DNA of 63,990 bases, counting the filler, from Octopus bimaculoides (lineage: Eukaryota): assembly GCF_001194135.2 (NCBI RefSeq). It is 5 parts of 3 records of this genome, joined end to end, with 100 filler letters (N's around TTAATTAATTAA, not from the genome) between each part and the next. Parts side by side here need not be neighbours in the genome. Positions count along the whole stretch, not along the records: positions 19,344 to 35,744 come from NC_068989.1; positions 35,845 to 59,353 come from NC_068983.1; 3 more parts are not named here. The stretch is one strand, 5' to 3'. Below the pieces are notes generated by a model. It was given only the letters and a program-made list of their open reading frames with translations. It did no database searches and had not been told where the DNA came from. How positions within the stretch are numbered: the first letter of the stretch is position 1; every line of letters begins with the position of its first letter. The position numbers and the translations under genes are program-made. Below are positions 27,934 to 41,500 of this stretch, in pieces.

Positions 27934-28739
27934 GTATATATATGTATATGTATATATATGTATATATATATGTATGTATATATATATGTATGTATATATA
28001 TATGTATGTATATATATATNNNNNNNNNNNNNNNNNNNNNNNNNNNNNNNNNNNNNNNNNNNNNNNNNNNNNNNNNNNNNNNNNNNNNNNNNNNNNNNNN
28101 NNNNNNNNNNNNNNNNNNNNNNNNNNNNNNNNNNNNNNNNNNNNNNNNNNNNNNNNNNNNNNNNNNNNNNNNNNNNNNNNNNNNNNNNNNNNNNNNNNNN
28201 NNNNNNNNNNNNNNNNNNNNNNNNNNNNNNNNNNNNNNNNNNNNNNNNNNNNNNNNNNNNNNNNNNNNNNNNNNNNNNNNNNNNNNNNNNNNNNNNNNNN
28301 NNNNNNNNNNNNNNNNNNNNNNNNNNNNNNNNNNNNNNNNNNNNNNNNATATGTATGTATGTATGTATATGTATGTATGTATATATATGTATGTATGTAT
28401 ATATATGTATGTATATGTATGTATATATATATTTATATATGTATGTATATATTTATATATATATATGTGTATGTATGTATATATATATATTTATATATGT
28501 ATGTATATATTTATTTATATATGTGTATGTATATATATATGTGTGTGTGTGCGCGCTAGTTCTACCATAGAAATTTAACTTCTCTGCTGTTATTAAATGG
28601 TTCCAATCACCTGTATTGAAACAGACTTATGTTATTGAAATGTGGGAGTAATCTGTTGATTATATTATTTTATACGTCTCACCTCAGCCTGGTGTTTAAG
28701 CCAATGTTGCACACAGTCAAATTTGCAATACTGTGTAGA

Positions 28740-29222
28740 AGATGCAGTCTGAAAGTTTGAACATCTGTTCAGGTTTGCAAAAACGACTGTCTCAGAATGT
28801 GTTAACAATTACAGTATCTCAATCTAAACAGTTGTTCAGGGCTGTGCTGTCTTAGTCTGTGTATGTGTTAGCAGCTGCAAGTAATTTATGATTGTGTTGC
28901 ATTTGGGACCTGTACAGTTGTAATCCGAACATACTGTGTTGAGGGCTGTAATGTGGTATTCTGAACATATTGTGTTAGTGTGTTTTAAACTGCAATATCA
29001 TAGTTTAAACATGTAGTGCTGTGGGCTGCAGTGAAACAGTTTTAACATCTTGTTTTAGGGACAGCAGTGTAGCATTCTGAATATGTTGGAGAGTATTGAG
29101 TCAAAGTCTGGACATCTTGTGTTAGTGGGTGCTATGTCACAGTCAGAAAAACTTGTGTTAGGGGCTGCTATGTCAGTCTGAACAACTTGTTAGGGACTGC
29201 AGTATGATAGTGTGAATATAAA
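28740..29222. repeat. Degenerate ~36-bp minisatellite
   Basis: Recurring (c)tgaacatcttgtgttagggg/actgc..tg...agt unit. Confidence 0.65.
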
Positions 29223-32192
29223 GTGTGTGTGTGTGTGTGTTTTTTTTTTTCTTCCAGTGGTCTTATTGGTGACTTGAATTGTGGCTTGATTTCAATAAGG
29301 CAACTACAAAGAATCAAATTAGGACTTGATTTGGACTGGTCAAGCAATTTATGTTGTTGATAATATTTTAGAACTGTCTAACGAAACTACTGGTTTTTGG
29401 TGATACAAGTGAATAAATAGAACTAGATCCAAACTAGTTTGAACTGGATCAAACTGGTTAAGTTTTGGTGGCCCTAGTGAACAGAATTGGACTGGATCAA
29501 GTTGGTTGACAGATTTTGGAAAATGTTGGTTTGGATAAATTGGTCCTTAGACTGGGACTAATCTGGGACATATCTGACGTAGAGAAATTGCTTGACAGAA
29601 AAGTTGTGGATATTTTGAAAAAAAAAAAAACAGTTGGTTTGTCTTTTCTTTTTTTTTATGTCTATTTTATTTATTTATATTTATTAATTGTTGCAATTGT
29701 TTTGATTCCTCATTGGAAACTATATTGGTTTCTCGATTTGTAACTGGTGAACTTATAAATGTTTGGTTGGGATGAAACCTTGAAGGAACATTTCAGTTTT
29801 GATAATCCTATTTATCTACATGTGTGTGTGTGTGTGTATGTGTGTATATATATATATAATGAGAGAGAGAGAGGTAGTGACACAGAATACAAATTGATTC
29901 CTAAAGGTTTTATACTAACATCTCATGCTGAGACTTGTCGGTTATTTTCAGGTAAATTTACCATAAAGTACAACACTTCTAGGTATGAATTTGTAATCTT
30001 AAGAAACCTTCAATGCAACTCACACATACACACACACACATTACTGTCTAGCTTAGTGACATGAAGCAACTTAAAGATCCCGTTTATATGCACCTACAAA
30101 TATTATACTTTTACAGTAACTTCAAAGTTTTGGCCTGGTCACTGTCATCCGACTGTCTGAAACTTTGAAGTCATTTGTCACACCTACTTTTGTAAATGTA
30201 TAATAAATGTATACTCAACTAAAAAGTACTGAGTAATTTTTCAGTTCAATTTTAATTTATTATTATTATTATTATTAACCTGACATTGAGGCAATGAGCT
30301 GGCAGAATTCTTAGCATGCTGGATGCAATGCTTAGAGGTAGTTTGTCTTTACGTTCTGAGTTCAAATTCCGCTGAGGTTGACTTTGCCTTTTATCCTTTC
30401 AGGGTCGATAAATTAAGTACCAGTGAAACACTTGGGTTGATGTAATCAGCTATTTCCTTCCCCACAAATTTCAGGCCTTGTGCTTTCAGTAGAAAGGATT
30501 ATTACCTTGACATAAAAATCAAACTTTAACACACATTCACACACACACACACACACGTCTGTGTATGTTAAGCATAATAAAGGGATAAGTGTTGTTTAGC
30601 AAGGAAATATGTGAAGAAATTTTAGTGGGACAATATTTTTCAATCAGTTGGTTGAAGTTGTTCACCCCTTATGTTCCTAGATATCTTTCTTTCTCTCATA
30701 TCATTCATTACTACACCACTCTCTCTTTCTCCAGTACAACAAATGCAGTAGAAGCTAATTGGCTGTTTAACCCCAGGTCAATTCTGATCAGAGGGACTTT
30801 TGTTCAAAATCAAATCAAAAGCATTGCAGCCATGATTATTGTAACCCTCGTGTGTTTATTTGAGGGAGATTTGGCTGCTATTTTCAGCTAGCCTAACAAT
30901 TTTGTAAAGGCTTCATTGTGCTAAAAGTATACTTTTCATGTATGTAATACTGGGGGGGTCTTAGTCTATACCCTTGATTTCACACAATTCGCCTGACCTG
31001 ACATGTCTCACTTTCAATGTAATCTGTGTCAGGTGAGTTGTATGTGAAATGTAGGTATGGATTTACAGCTATCACCAGTATTACATTTGAGGGTGTAAAT
31101 GTGTGTGTGTGTGTGTGTAAGTTAAACTGGTTTACATATCCAGATCTAAAGGTTTTGTGCAATTATGGTCAGTGCTATCAATTTGCAGACTAATAGAATT
31201 TGTATTGGTTACTATTCAGGGTGGGGTCTCTTGTATAAATTTGTGTACAAATATGATTTTTGTTTTCAATATATNNNNNNNNNNNNNNNNNNNNNNNNNN
31301 NNNNNNNNNNNNNNNNNNNNNNNNNNNNNNNNNNNNNNNNNNNNNNNNNNNNNNNNNNNNNNNNNNNNNNNNNNNNNNNNNNNNNNNNNNNNNNNNNNNN
31401 NNNNNNNNNNNNNNNNNNNNNNNNNNNNNNNNNNNNNNNNNNNNNNNNNNNNNNNNNNNNNNNNNNNNNNNNNNNNNNNNNNNNNNNNNNNNNNNNNNNA
31501 AACTGGTTTCAAATGAGAATATATAGCCCAAGGTTGTTTCTCTTCAATCTGGGTCTGTCTGTGTGTCATTGCATCAAACTTATTTCATCCTATCACATGT
31601 ACTTAACTCATTAACTCTGTCAGAATCTTCTGTGAAAATATATAAAGTCATGCTTGTATTCTTCAGAGTATGAAGATCTTTGATGGTGTGGCAGTCATTT
31701 TTAATTATTGTCCATCATCACTAACTATTCTGCCTCCCCCCTCCTTCTGTCCCCCCCCCCCTTTTCCTCTCACTGGTGGTGGTAAGGGTGAGAGGGCCCC
31801 TCATAATGTTCATCTCCTTCCTCTTATGTGTCAATTATCACAATCAACTGCTGCTGTGGGGCTATATAGACGTATGTGAGATACATATATAGCTATGGAA
31901 TTGATCTGCTACCATCACACAAGTGGTTGCTAAGCAACCTCTCAAATTCTAAAATCTTTAAAAAAATATATATATATAATAAAATATAACAGAAGTAAAA
32001 TGGTGGTGAGTAAAGAACAACCAAACCCATGATTTCATCAACATATCCATCATCTGTAACAGTTTTTTTTTTTTGGTCATCAATAAACTGTATTAATTTT
32101 TAACAATTTCTTGTTTTGTTTCTCTTTCATTTTTATATTTATTGCCTTGTAGTTCTCTTCCATTTTATTATCAATTGACTAATCAGCTAATT

Positions 32193-33431
32193 CGTACCTG
32201 GCTTTCGTTGACATGGAATTCCGGGTAGAGATAGGGGCCCACCAAGGTTCTGTCCTCAGCCCCCTCCTATTTATCATAGTCCTCCAGGTGATAACAGAGG
32301 AATTCAAGACAGGATGCCCCTGGGAGCTCCTCTATACTGATGACCTTGCACTAATTGCTGAGTCACTATCAGAACTAGAGAAGTTTCAGGTGTGGAAACA
32401 AGGAATAGAATCAAAGGGCCTTAGAGTCAACCTAGCTAAAACCAAAGTCCTTATAAGTAGGAAGGTAAAACAAATACAAACCCCTTCAGGTAGATGGCCC
32501 TGCTCGATCTGTAGAAAAGGCATAGGTAAAAACTCTATAAGATGCACCCAGTGCAAGTTATGGACACATAAGAGGTGCAGCAATATCAAAGAAAGGTTAA
32601 CTAGAAGTTAGTTTTTATATGTAGCAGATGTTCAAGAGCAATAAACACTGTAAATGTGCAGAAAACAACTTCTGCCACATTCCAGGGAGAAAAACTAGAC
32701 ATAGTTGATAGCTTTCGCTATCTAGGTGACCAAGTTAGTAGTGGGGGAGGGTGTGCTGAAAGTGTAGCTGCTAGAATAAGAATAACCTGGGCAAAGTTCA
32801 GAGAGCTCTTACCTCTGCTGGTGACAAAGAGTCTCTCTCTCAGAGTAAAAGGCAGACTATATGACGCATGTGTATGAACAGCCATGCTTCATGAGGACAT
32901 GCGTAGGCTCGCAAGGAATGAAGCCAGTATGCTCTGTTGGATATGTAATGTCAGTGTGCATACTCGACAGAGTATCAGTGCCTTGAGAGAAAAGTTGGAC
33001 CTAAGAAGCATCAGATGTGGTGTGCAAGAGAGACGACTGTGCTGGTATGGTCATGTGGTGTGAATGGATGAGGATAGCTGTGTGGAAAAGTGTCACATCT
33101 TAGCGGTTGAAACTGTTGAAGAGATAGACCCAGGAAGACCTGGGATGAGCTGGTGAAGCACGACCTTTGAACATTGGGCCTCACTGAGGCGATGACTTCT
33201 GACTGAGACCTTTGGAAATATGCTGTGCGTGAGAAGACCCGGCAAGCCAAGTGAGACCTAAATCCAAGGCCTCTGCCAGTCGTGTAGCCAGACCACTTAT
33301 GCGTACCTTCCTTCATTGGACACTAAACTCCGCTTGCGAAGACCTGTTGAGGCAAATGAAATCGAACTAAATTCAACGACTGGCACCCATGCCAATGTCG
33401 TCTCATTCATTGGACATGAAACTCGGCTTGC
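32193..33431 (+). mobile_element. 5'-truncated RTE-clade LINE: RT C-terminal half with PHD-like insertion plus 3' UTR; frameshifted
   Basis: YLAFVDME, HQGSVLSPLLF, LLYTDDLALIA, CSIC..CTQC..H..C, FRYLGDQV and KGRLYDACV motifs. Confidence 0.92.
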
Positions 33432-33667
33432 GCATGCATACTGATTATATTATCGTATAGTGTGTTTATGTGTTTAAAGTTTGAGAACTGTATGAATCTG
33501 AGGGGAGAAGATTTGAGTTTAGTGGGACATTCATTTGTTTTTTCTATTTAATGTTGTCTTTTCATATTTTCAAGTCATTTAAAAACAAACGCACTATACG
33601 ATAATGTAATCAGTATGCGTGCGCAAAACGACCAGAAGTTATGGTGGTCTAGTACCGAAAGATCGCC
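33432..33667. mobile_element. Second copy of the same MITE, left end missing and abutting the RTE 3' end
   Basis: Right end CTAGTACCGAAAGATCGCC and an internal ~38-bp inverted repeat (gcatactgattatattatcgtatagtg / cactatacgataatgtaatcagtatgc). Confidence 0.75.
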
Positions 33668-33799
33668 CAAAATCGGAGTTTGGGCACACTAAAAAGTCAG
33701 TACTGTTATATTATATTCTACAAATTGTATTCTGTTCATGAAAACCCACCGATTTTGATAGAAAAAATAAATTGACGAAAAGATATTTTCTGCAGACCT

Positions 33800-33954
33800 T
33801 TTCAGTCGACTTCCGTAAAGGCGCTGGTCACGTGGTTTAACCTATCGGCTGCTGCGTAATGGAGGGACTTTTGAACTTTTAGTTTATTTTTCGCTTTCAA
33901 AACCACTGAAGAAAAATACCTTGGAAGGTTGAAATCCCTACAAGTCAAGTAAGT
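33800..33954 (+). promoter_or_regulatory. Putative housekeeping-type promoter and non-coding first exon of a second gene
   Basis: Local CpG enrichment, ETS-like ACTTCCG (33809-33815), E-box GGTCACGTGG (33826-33835) and a consensus donor CAA|GTAAGT (GT at 33949). Confidence 0.5.
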
Positions 33955-34383
33955 TTTATTTATAGAGTAGATAAATTAGGTTTTTTATGCCTAAGTCTGT
34001 TGTTTAAACCTGACATTTTCATGAAATCTTTCTGTATGACAGATAACAATATCCCTAGTTTATACGAATGGGTTAATTGCCGATTAGCGTTTGTTCTGGG
34101 ATAGTAATATTGGAGTTGCAAGTGTGTTAGTTCCATTCTTTAAACTTCTCCAATAGTCTTTTTCTGTTTTTTGGGGGGACTTAGCTATAGGTCAGCTCTA
34201 TTTATAAGCATTTGTTCAAAGGTGCTTCTACCCAGACTATTGTACATGTAGTGGAGTCACCAAAATGTGGTACGTTTTTGTTTAGTGTCGGTGCGATAGG
34301 CATGTGTTTGCCTGTGAAATGACAGTGATAACTGGTTCAACTATTAACATTTTTTTTATTTGCTGGTGTTAATAAATAATATT

Positions 34384-34701
34384 TGTAACGGTTGATGTTT
34401 TTGTGTTGTGTAGTCGATGTGTCACCCATTGTAACGATAAGTATTATTTACCAATTGTGCTGGTTATAAGATGAACGATGAAGATGATCAACATTTTGAT
34501 AGAAATATTTATTTACCGTTACTTTATATGTTGCCATATCACGACGGGTAGGCCAGTGTAAAGTAACGGTAAATAAATATTTCTATAAAAATGTTGATCA
34601 TCTTCATCGTTCATCTTATAACCAGCACAATTGGTAAATAATACTTATCGTTAAAATGGGTGACACATCGACTACACAACACAAAAACATCAACCGTTAC
34701 A
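34384..34701. repeat. Near-perfect palindrome: 143-bp arms, 32-nt spacer
   Basis: Arm 34384-34526 is the reverse complement of 34559-34701 with 2 mismatches. Confidence 0.95.
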
Positions 34702-35844
34702 TACATGTCTCTTGCTTGGACTCTCACTTGGAGGCAAGTCTTTATGGTGCATGTACGGATATGTTACGAGCCGTTTTGAATATCTCGTAGAAAAAAAAAA
34801 AATCCGAATAAACAAAAACTGCATAGCAATATTCTTGCAATATGTGATATCATTAAGCACGGATAGACACATTGGTTTTCTTAGCCAAGCAAGAACGTGA
34901 GAGAAATAATATAAGAAGGAACAATACTGCTTTCTGGCCCTCAGAGTGGGTTAGGGTTAATTCTAACCTTCAAAATTTCTGTAGGCTTTGAGGAACCGAG
35001 CAGATATTCATAAATTCCAGACCACTGTACCAGTTGAACTCTCGCCCCTCTTATAGGCCCCTGTCTAAAATGGCATAGCATGGGGTGACACGGACTGCAC
35101 AAGGCGGCTACTTTATATATATTTGTGTTTGTTGTGGTCAAAGATATGTTACATTTAAGAAGGCAGCCAACTTGGTTACTGCACTGAGCGGCCAAAATAC
35201 TATCTCGGGCCACAGACTATCTATGCACTCCATGATATAAACTCATCGACCGTCGCAAATGTTATGCAGGATCACGATGGGTAACATGACCGAATCGGAC
35301 AAATCTGGGCAAACTCGGCCAGAAAAGTACTACATTATTCAAATTGTCCTCTTCTTAAGTTGATTAAATCAATCTCATTATATCCCCGGTACTTTATTTA
35401 TCGACTTCAGAAGTCAGAAGGATGAACTACGAAGTTGACCTAAGCGGGATTTGAACTCAGAACACAGAGAATTATTAAGGAACAAAGTTTGTCTTCCAGT
35501 TTCACTTGGAGGGTCATTAAGGGTGTGGAAACCTTGCCCAGAATTCGATTAACTGGAGTTGAGTGTCAGTGGTTTAGGTCATAAGTGGTAGAGTGTGTTT
35601 TTGACAGAGATGTAGCTGCTATTTCCTGCAGATCAGATTCAGATTGCATCCGGGAAACAGACAAATGAGATTGACAATTATTGGCGACAGCTGGGGGTCT
35701 TCCAAACAAGAAATCACTATCTGTGGATTAATCTGCTGGATTAANNNNNNNNNNNNNNNNNNNNNNNNNNNNNNNNNNNNNNNNNNNNTTAATTAATTAA
35801 NNNNNNNNNNNNNNNNNNNNNNNNNNNNNNNNNNNNNNNNNNNN

Positions 35845-35890
<46 letters not shown>

Positions 35891-36472
35891 ATGAAAAAAA
35901 GAAAATGGAATTCACAAAACTCTTTATTCAGAACCACTACAACTGTTTCAACCCATCAGGCACAGGGACCTGGCTGGCGTGATTCTGCACAAGCAGTTGT
36001 GATGCATTGTAAGAGCAGATACAAGGTATGTATGTGAATGTGTGTGCATGAATGTTTGTCTGTGTGTTTGCTTTCATCTGGGATTGCTTGTATGGTGCAG
36101 CAGGTGGTGATATTGTCAGTTGCTTCTGTCAACGCCTCATATGTTCACTTCATACCTTTAAAGTCATGTGGAATAAGAAATCTATTTCTTGAAAAACCAG
36201 ATATGGGTTAACATCAGGGAGGGCATCTGACTGTAAAATAATGCCTCATATCTTCATCAAATCAATGTAAGCATGAAAAGCAGCAATCATTATGTAAAAC
36301 ACTTCATTTTATGTTGCTCCAGTCCACACAGCTGGCAAAATTTAGTAATCCTGGTATGGACTGGCATCCCATCCAGGTGGAAAATAATATGCACTATGGA
36401 AACCAGGGAACTGACCCTATAAGTCTTATATGACTTAGGAAGGAACTTTATCCTATCTTTTATTATGTATGC

Positions 36473-36505
<33 letters not shown>

Positions 36506-36964
36506 TGTATGTACAGTATATATATATATATGTGTGTGTGTTTGTATGAGTGTCTATGTAAGCATGTATGAATTTTAGACACACACAACACAGATCGACA
36601 GACAGACACACACACGCACGCATGCACGCACACGCACACACACACACACACACAGCACACACTTACATACATGTATGTATGTAGGAAAGTATGTGTATGT
36701 CTGTGTGTGTGCTGGGTTCTCTAAGACTCTATGATTAGTTCACCTACATGTAGATTAACCACTCAATGTCCCTTTGAAGGCAAATTGCCTTATAAGTAAC
36801 AATCTATAAATGAAATGTGTAATTACATAAGCTAGCAATAAGTATCATGCTGGTTCTACATTAAGCCCCTTTAAGAGACACTTTAATATGCACAAACATA
36901 TTTTTACCACATTGTTTACATTATTTACAATTGACAGATATTTGTCCTCAACTTGTTTGTTGTT

Positions 36965-37010
36965 AACACAACGTTTCGGCTGATATACCCTCCAGCCTTC
37001 ATCTGGTGTC
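36965..37010 (-). ncRNA. Minimal hammerhead-like motif with mutated core (CAGATGA)
   Basis: Reverse complement reads GACAC-CAGATGA-A-GGCTG..CAGCC-GAAA-CGTT-GTGTT. Confidence 0.55.
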
Positions 37011-37065
37011 TTGGGGAAATTTCGAATGTGGGTTCTCATTCCTAAGGTATTTTTCGATGTTGTTG

Positions 37066-37172
<107 letters not shown>

Positions 37173-37318
37173 CTCAGTGCCTTGAATCGAACTCAGAATC
37201 TTGGGGTTAGTAGCCTGTGCTCTTAACCACTACGCCATATGCCCACAGGCATATGGCATAGCGGTTAAGAGCATGCGCTACATTCCAAGTTCGATTCCAG
37301 GCAGTGGTCTGAATAATA

Positions 37319-37384
<66 letters not shown>

Positions 37385-37431
37385 TCTAAAAATACCTTAG
37401 GAATGGGAATTGAGGTTTGAAATTTCCCCAA

Positions 37432-37477
37432 GACACCTGATGAAGGCTGGAGGGTATATCAGCTAAAACGTTGTGTT
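37432..37477 (+). ncRNA. Minimal hammerhead-like motif with mutated core (GAAA changed to AAAA)
   Basis: GACAC-CTGATGA-A-GGCTG..CAGCT-AAAA-CGTT-GTGTT. Confidence 0.55.
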
Positions 37478-37615
37478 AACAACAAACAAGATGAGGACAA
37501 ATATTCGTCAATTGTAAGCAATGTAAATAATGTACATAATTCCTCATCTCTTAAATATAGAACTGTATATTTTTACCAATACAAATTTAAGCAATATCTC
37601 ATTGGCAGAATAATA

Positions 37616-37691
<76 letters not shown>

Positions 37692-37904
37692 TGTGTGTGT
37701 ATATAAGGTTAGTAGAGTTAGAGGTTGGAATAACCATCTAAGGAATAAAAATATCCGTTTTACTACTGGTATAATTACCTGTGTTAACCCTGGGCATACA
37801 TATCCAAGTATATTAGGTTCATAGGATACTGGCAATGACAAAGATAAACATGAGTTTACCAGGAATCAAATTTAAAGTAAACAGAAACTTTATATATATA
37901 TATA

Positions 37905-38535
37905 TATGGTCATGTGATGCACATGGGGATGAGGACAGCTGTGTAAAGAAGTGCCAGTCTCTAACTGTGGAGGGAACCTGTGGATGAGATAGACCCAGGA
38001 AGACATAGGACGAGGTGTTGAAGCATGATCTTCAAACGTTGGGCTATATGGAGGCATTGACTAGTGTCTGAGACCTTTGACAATATGCTGTGCTTGAGAA
38101 GACCCACCAAGCCAAGTGAAATCATAGTCATGGCTGATGCCAGTGTCACATAACTGGCATCTGTGCCAGTGGCACGTTAAAAGTACCTTTCAAGCATTGG
38201 GCCTCATGGAGGCAATGTGGCCAATGCTGGTGTTGCATAACTAGTCCTATGCTGGTGGCATGTAAAAACACCTTTTGAGTGTTGGGCCTCGCAGAGGCAA
38301 TGACAAATGACCAGGACCTTTGGCAATATGTTGTGCTTGAGTAGAAGACCCATCAAACCAAATGAAATCCTAATCATGGCAGATACTGGTATCATGCAAC
38401 TGGCACCTGTGCCGGTGGTAAATAAAAGCACCCATTACACTCTCAGAGTGGTTGGTGTTAGGAAGGGCATCCAGCCATAGAAACCAGCCCTGGTCAAACC
38501 ATCCAACCCATGTCAGCATGGGCAATGGGGATTAA

Positions 38536-38590
<55 letters not shown>
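37905..38590 (+). mobile_element. Degenerate 3' fragment of the same RTE-type family ending in (GAT)n
   Basis: Visible similarity to 33045-33260, followed by the common GAT-tailed 3' end. Confidence 0.75.
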
Positions 38591-38591
<1 letters not shown>

Positions 38592-41500
38592 TTTCTACAC
38601 AGTTTCCATCTACCAAATTCACTTTCATAGCAATAGTCAGTCCAGGGCTATCATAGAAGACACTTGCCCAAGATGCAACACAGTGAGACTGAACCCCAAA
38701 CCACATTGTTGTAAAGCCAAACTTCTAAATCACACAGCAAAAAAACATTTTTCATAGGTAAACTGAACTATAGTTTACATTTGTTAATAATTATCTAAAT
38801 AGCATGACTAATTCAAGAATGTAACTACATCTAACTTGGTCAACCTCTGTCACTTACAACAAACTTGAAACATTTCCACATTCAGTGCAAGTCATTTATT
38901 CTCATCCCATGTCCAGACCAATATAGTCACAGCTTTTGTATGGATTGAACAAATGCCTTTGATAGGTAATGACTCCTTCATTTGCACCTGAATTTTCTGA
39001 ATAGACAATTGTTTATATTGAAAAGCAATTTGTAGAGGGAATTTATTGTTATGGAATAACATTAAAAATAAAAAATTAAATAATTAAAGCAAATAAATAA
39101 TATAGATATGAATAAAACTAACATTAAAAAATTTTTCTTATCATGATAAAAACAGCTGGGTTTCTTTCATTATGTTGAAAGCAATCTGAAAAGAAGAGTC
39201 TCAAAAATAAACATAATTTAAAAAACAAAATTGTAAAGAAACTTAGCTCAAAACACAAATGTAGACATATACATGCATGTATATGCACATACACTTGATT
39301 ATATGTGCATACATACACACATACACACACGTTCATTCTCACATTCAAACTATTATTGGTAGTTATACACAAGAACTACCTTTTATATGTCACAATTTTA
39401 TATTTTGTTTATTTAACAAGATAATTGTTATGAGATTGTTATGAGTTCTTGAAGAATTAAGTAAATTTTATAGTTTTCTCTTAACTCTCAGAAGATTTGC
39501 ATGATCAGGTATTGGTATATTACTCAAAGTTTTTTCTATCTTTTTAATTGTTCCTCAAGTGCCAGTTTTTCACTCCATCACCATTATTTAGATTCAGAAT
39601 TGTCTGTTAGTTGACAATGATAGTGCAGACACTCAGCAAAAAGTCAAAGCCAATCTTTTTCTTAGGCGGTAAATTAAAGAAAGAAACTCAAACAAACCAA
39701 GACAAAAGACCCCCAAACTTACTCATTTATCAAATATTTTTCTCCTCTGGGAGTATTTTCAATAGTAACTGATAAATAACACTTAGTTTTGGTAGAGTTT
39801 TGTTAATTTACTGCCTTACTTTGATAGAGTTGTTGTATGGAATAATTCATCACCTTAATACCACTATTGTAAGAAAACAAAAATCTAGAAATAACTCTTT
39901 TCCACTCTATTTCATAAAGTCCAGAGTAAATTTTGTTTTACTGTTATATTAATGGAAATTGGCATCCTTTCTAAAGATGTCTGATGGTTAAATAAATTAT
40001 TTCATATTGGATATCTATCTGTGAGCAGACATTTATGAAACAAACCACAATGAAATGACAAAAGCAACAGAAGCTGCAGCAGCAACAAAAACAGCAGCTG
40101 CTGAATTAAGAAGTAGTATAAGATTTTCCTGTTAGGATATTTTGATGATAGTATATAGCAATGTATCCTGTGGACATTTTCAATCTTGAAGTGTGGCTCT
40201 GTTTCAAGCTAAGCATTCTTGAAATGAAACAATCAATTAAAAGTGAAAAGTGATAATTATGAAACAGCTTATGTATTAGATATATTTGAAGAGTTTGTTC
40301 CTTTCATTTCCGCTGTTTAAAGAGAAACATTGATGGAGTCGTTAATGATGTAGAACAATAACTTGTTGAATTATCTGCACTCCTCACTCACAGTCAGCCA
40401 AGCTAACTCATGAATAAATCTAGATAAAATCTTATCTTGTAATTCGTTTGTGAAAAGGGTGTGGAATGGGAGTAACAGTAGAGTGTATTGAAAAGTAATC
40501 TGTGATGATTTGTTTAATATCATTTAACTTTGAATCCTGAATTAAAGTAAATGATGGAGTTTCTTATTATAATCATTGTACAGTATAATACATCACCTAA
40601 TTATATGTATTCATTATAATTATATACAAAGTGCCAGATGAGCATTTCTGTTTCTCTATGTGTTGCATATAAAGCAAGATAATTATGTGATTGGTTTTGT
40701 ATGTAAATAGCCTTATTTCTTTAATGTCAAATTTTTTTCCTGTTTTATTTGATGGAGCACCTCCTAGTATAATTGTAATGCAGGATACTGGAGCATATCT
40801 CTTTCTCTATTGCTGCACCATACCCATAGCATTTTAACAAAAATAAATTATGTCATACTATATTATTATTAAAAATACTGTATTTGGCAATATATATTTT
40901 ACTGGAATTTCAATTCCTGCTTGATGCTATTTCCATTCCTTTTGATCACTAATGTACATGAGAAAAGCATAAACAATACAAACTCTCATTACTTTCTCTC
41001 AGAAGCCTGAGGACTTGAACATACATAATGACTGAGAAATTATTTCATGGTTTGCAGATTTGAGTTTAAATTCATTTTGCATTCCTCTTACACTTCCAAA
41101 TCATTTGATGCAGTGGAAGTAATTACTCTTGTAAATTATAAATAGTTTAAATTAAAAGTATATCTAGCAAGTGTTTGTAAGTTTTATACAAGTGTGTCAT
41201 ATCTACCTTTGTGGGTCAAGGCAACAAGAATAGTTTGGATATGATACCAACAGCACTCCAAGCATATTCATATTATATGGTATTGCATATATTGTGGCCT
41301 GTCTTAATCTTCTATTATAATTTTAATCACTCCTATGATGCATTTAGGAATATTAAAACAATCCCAGTATTTGATTGGTTCTTTATTTATGATTTAACCA
41401 ATCACAGTGGTTGTCTGAGGCTTATGGAAGGATGAAAGCAAAATTGATCTTAGTATGATTTGAACACAGAATGTATGCCATTTCTGCTCTTTACTGAACT

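Noticed and set aside
35746-35823. Recurrent TTAATTAATTAA palindrome flanked by Ns
   Set aside because: Synthetic contig linker, not biology.
39723-39768. Minus-strand 46-nt exon candidate (TIENTPRGEKYLIN) with a GTAAGT donor
   Set aside because: Weak acceptor, unrecognised peptide and no compatible neighbouring exons found.
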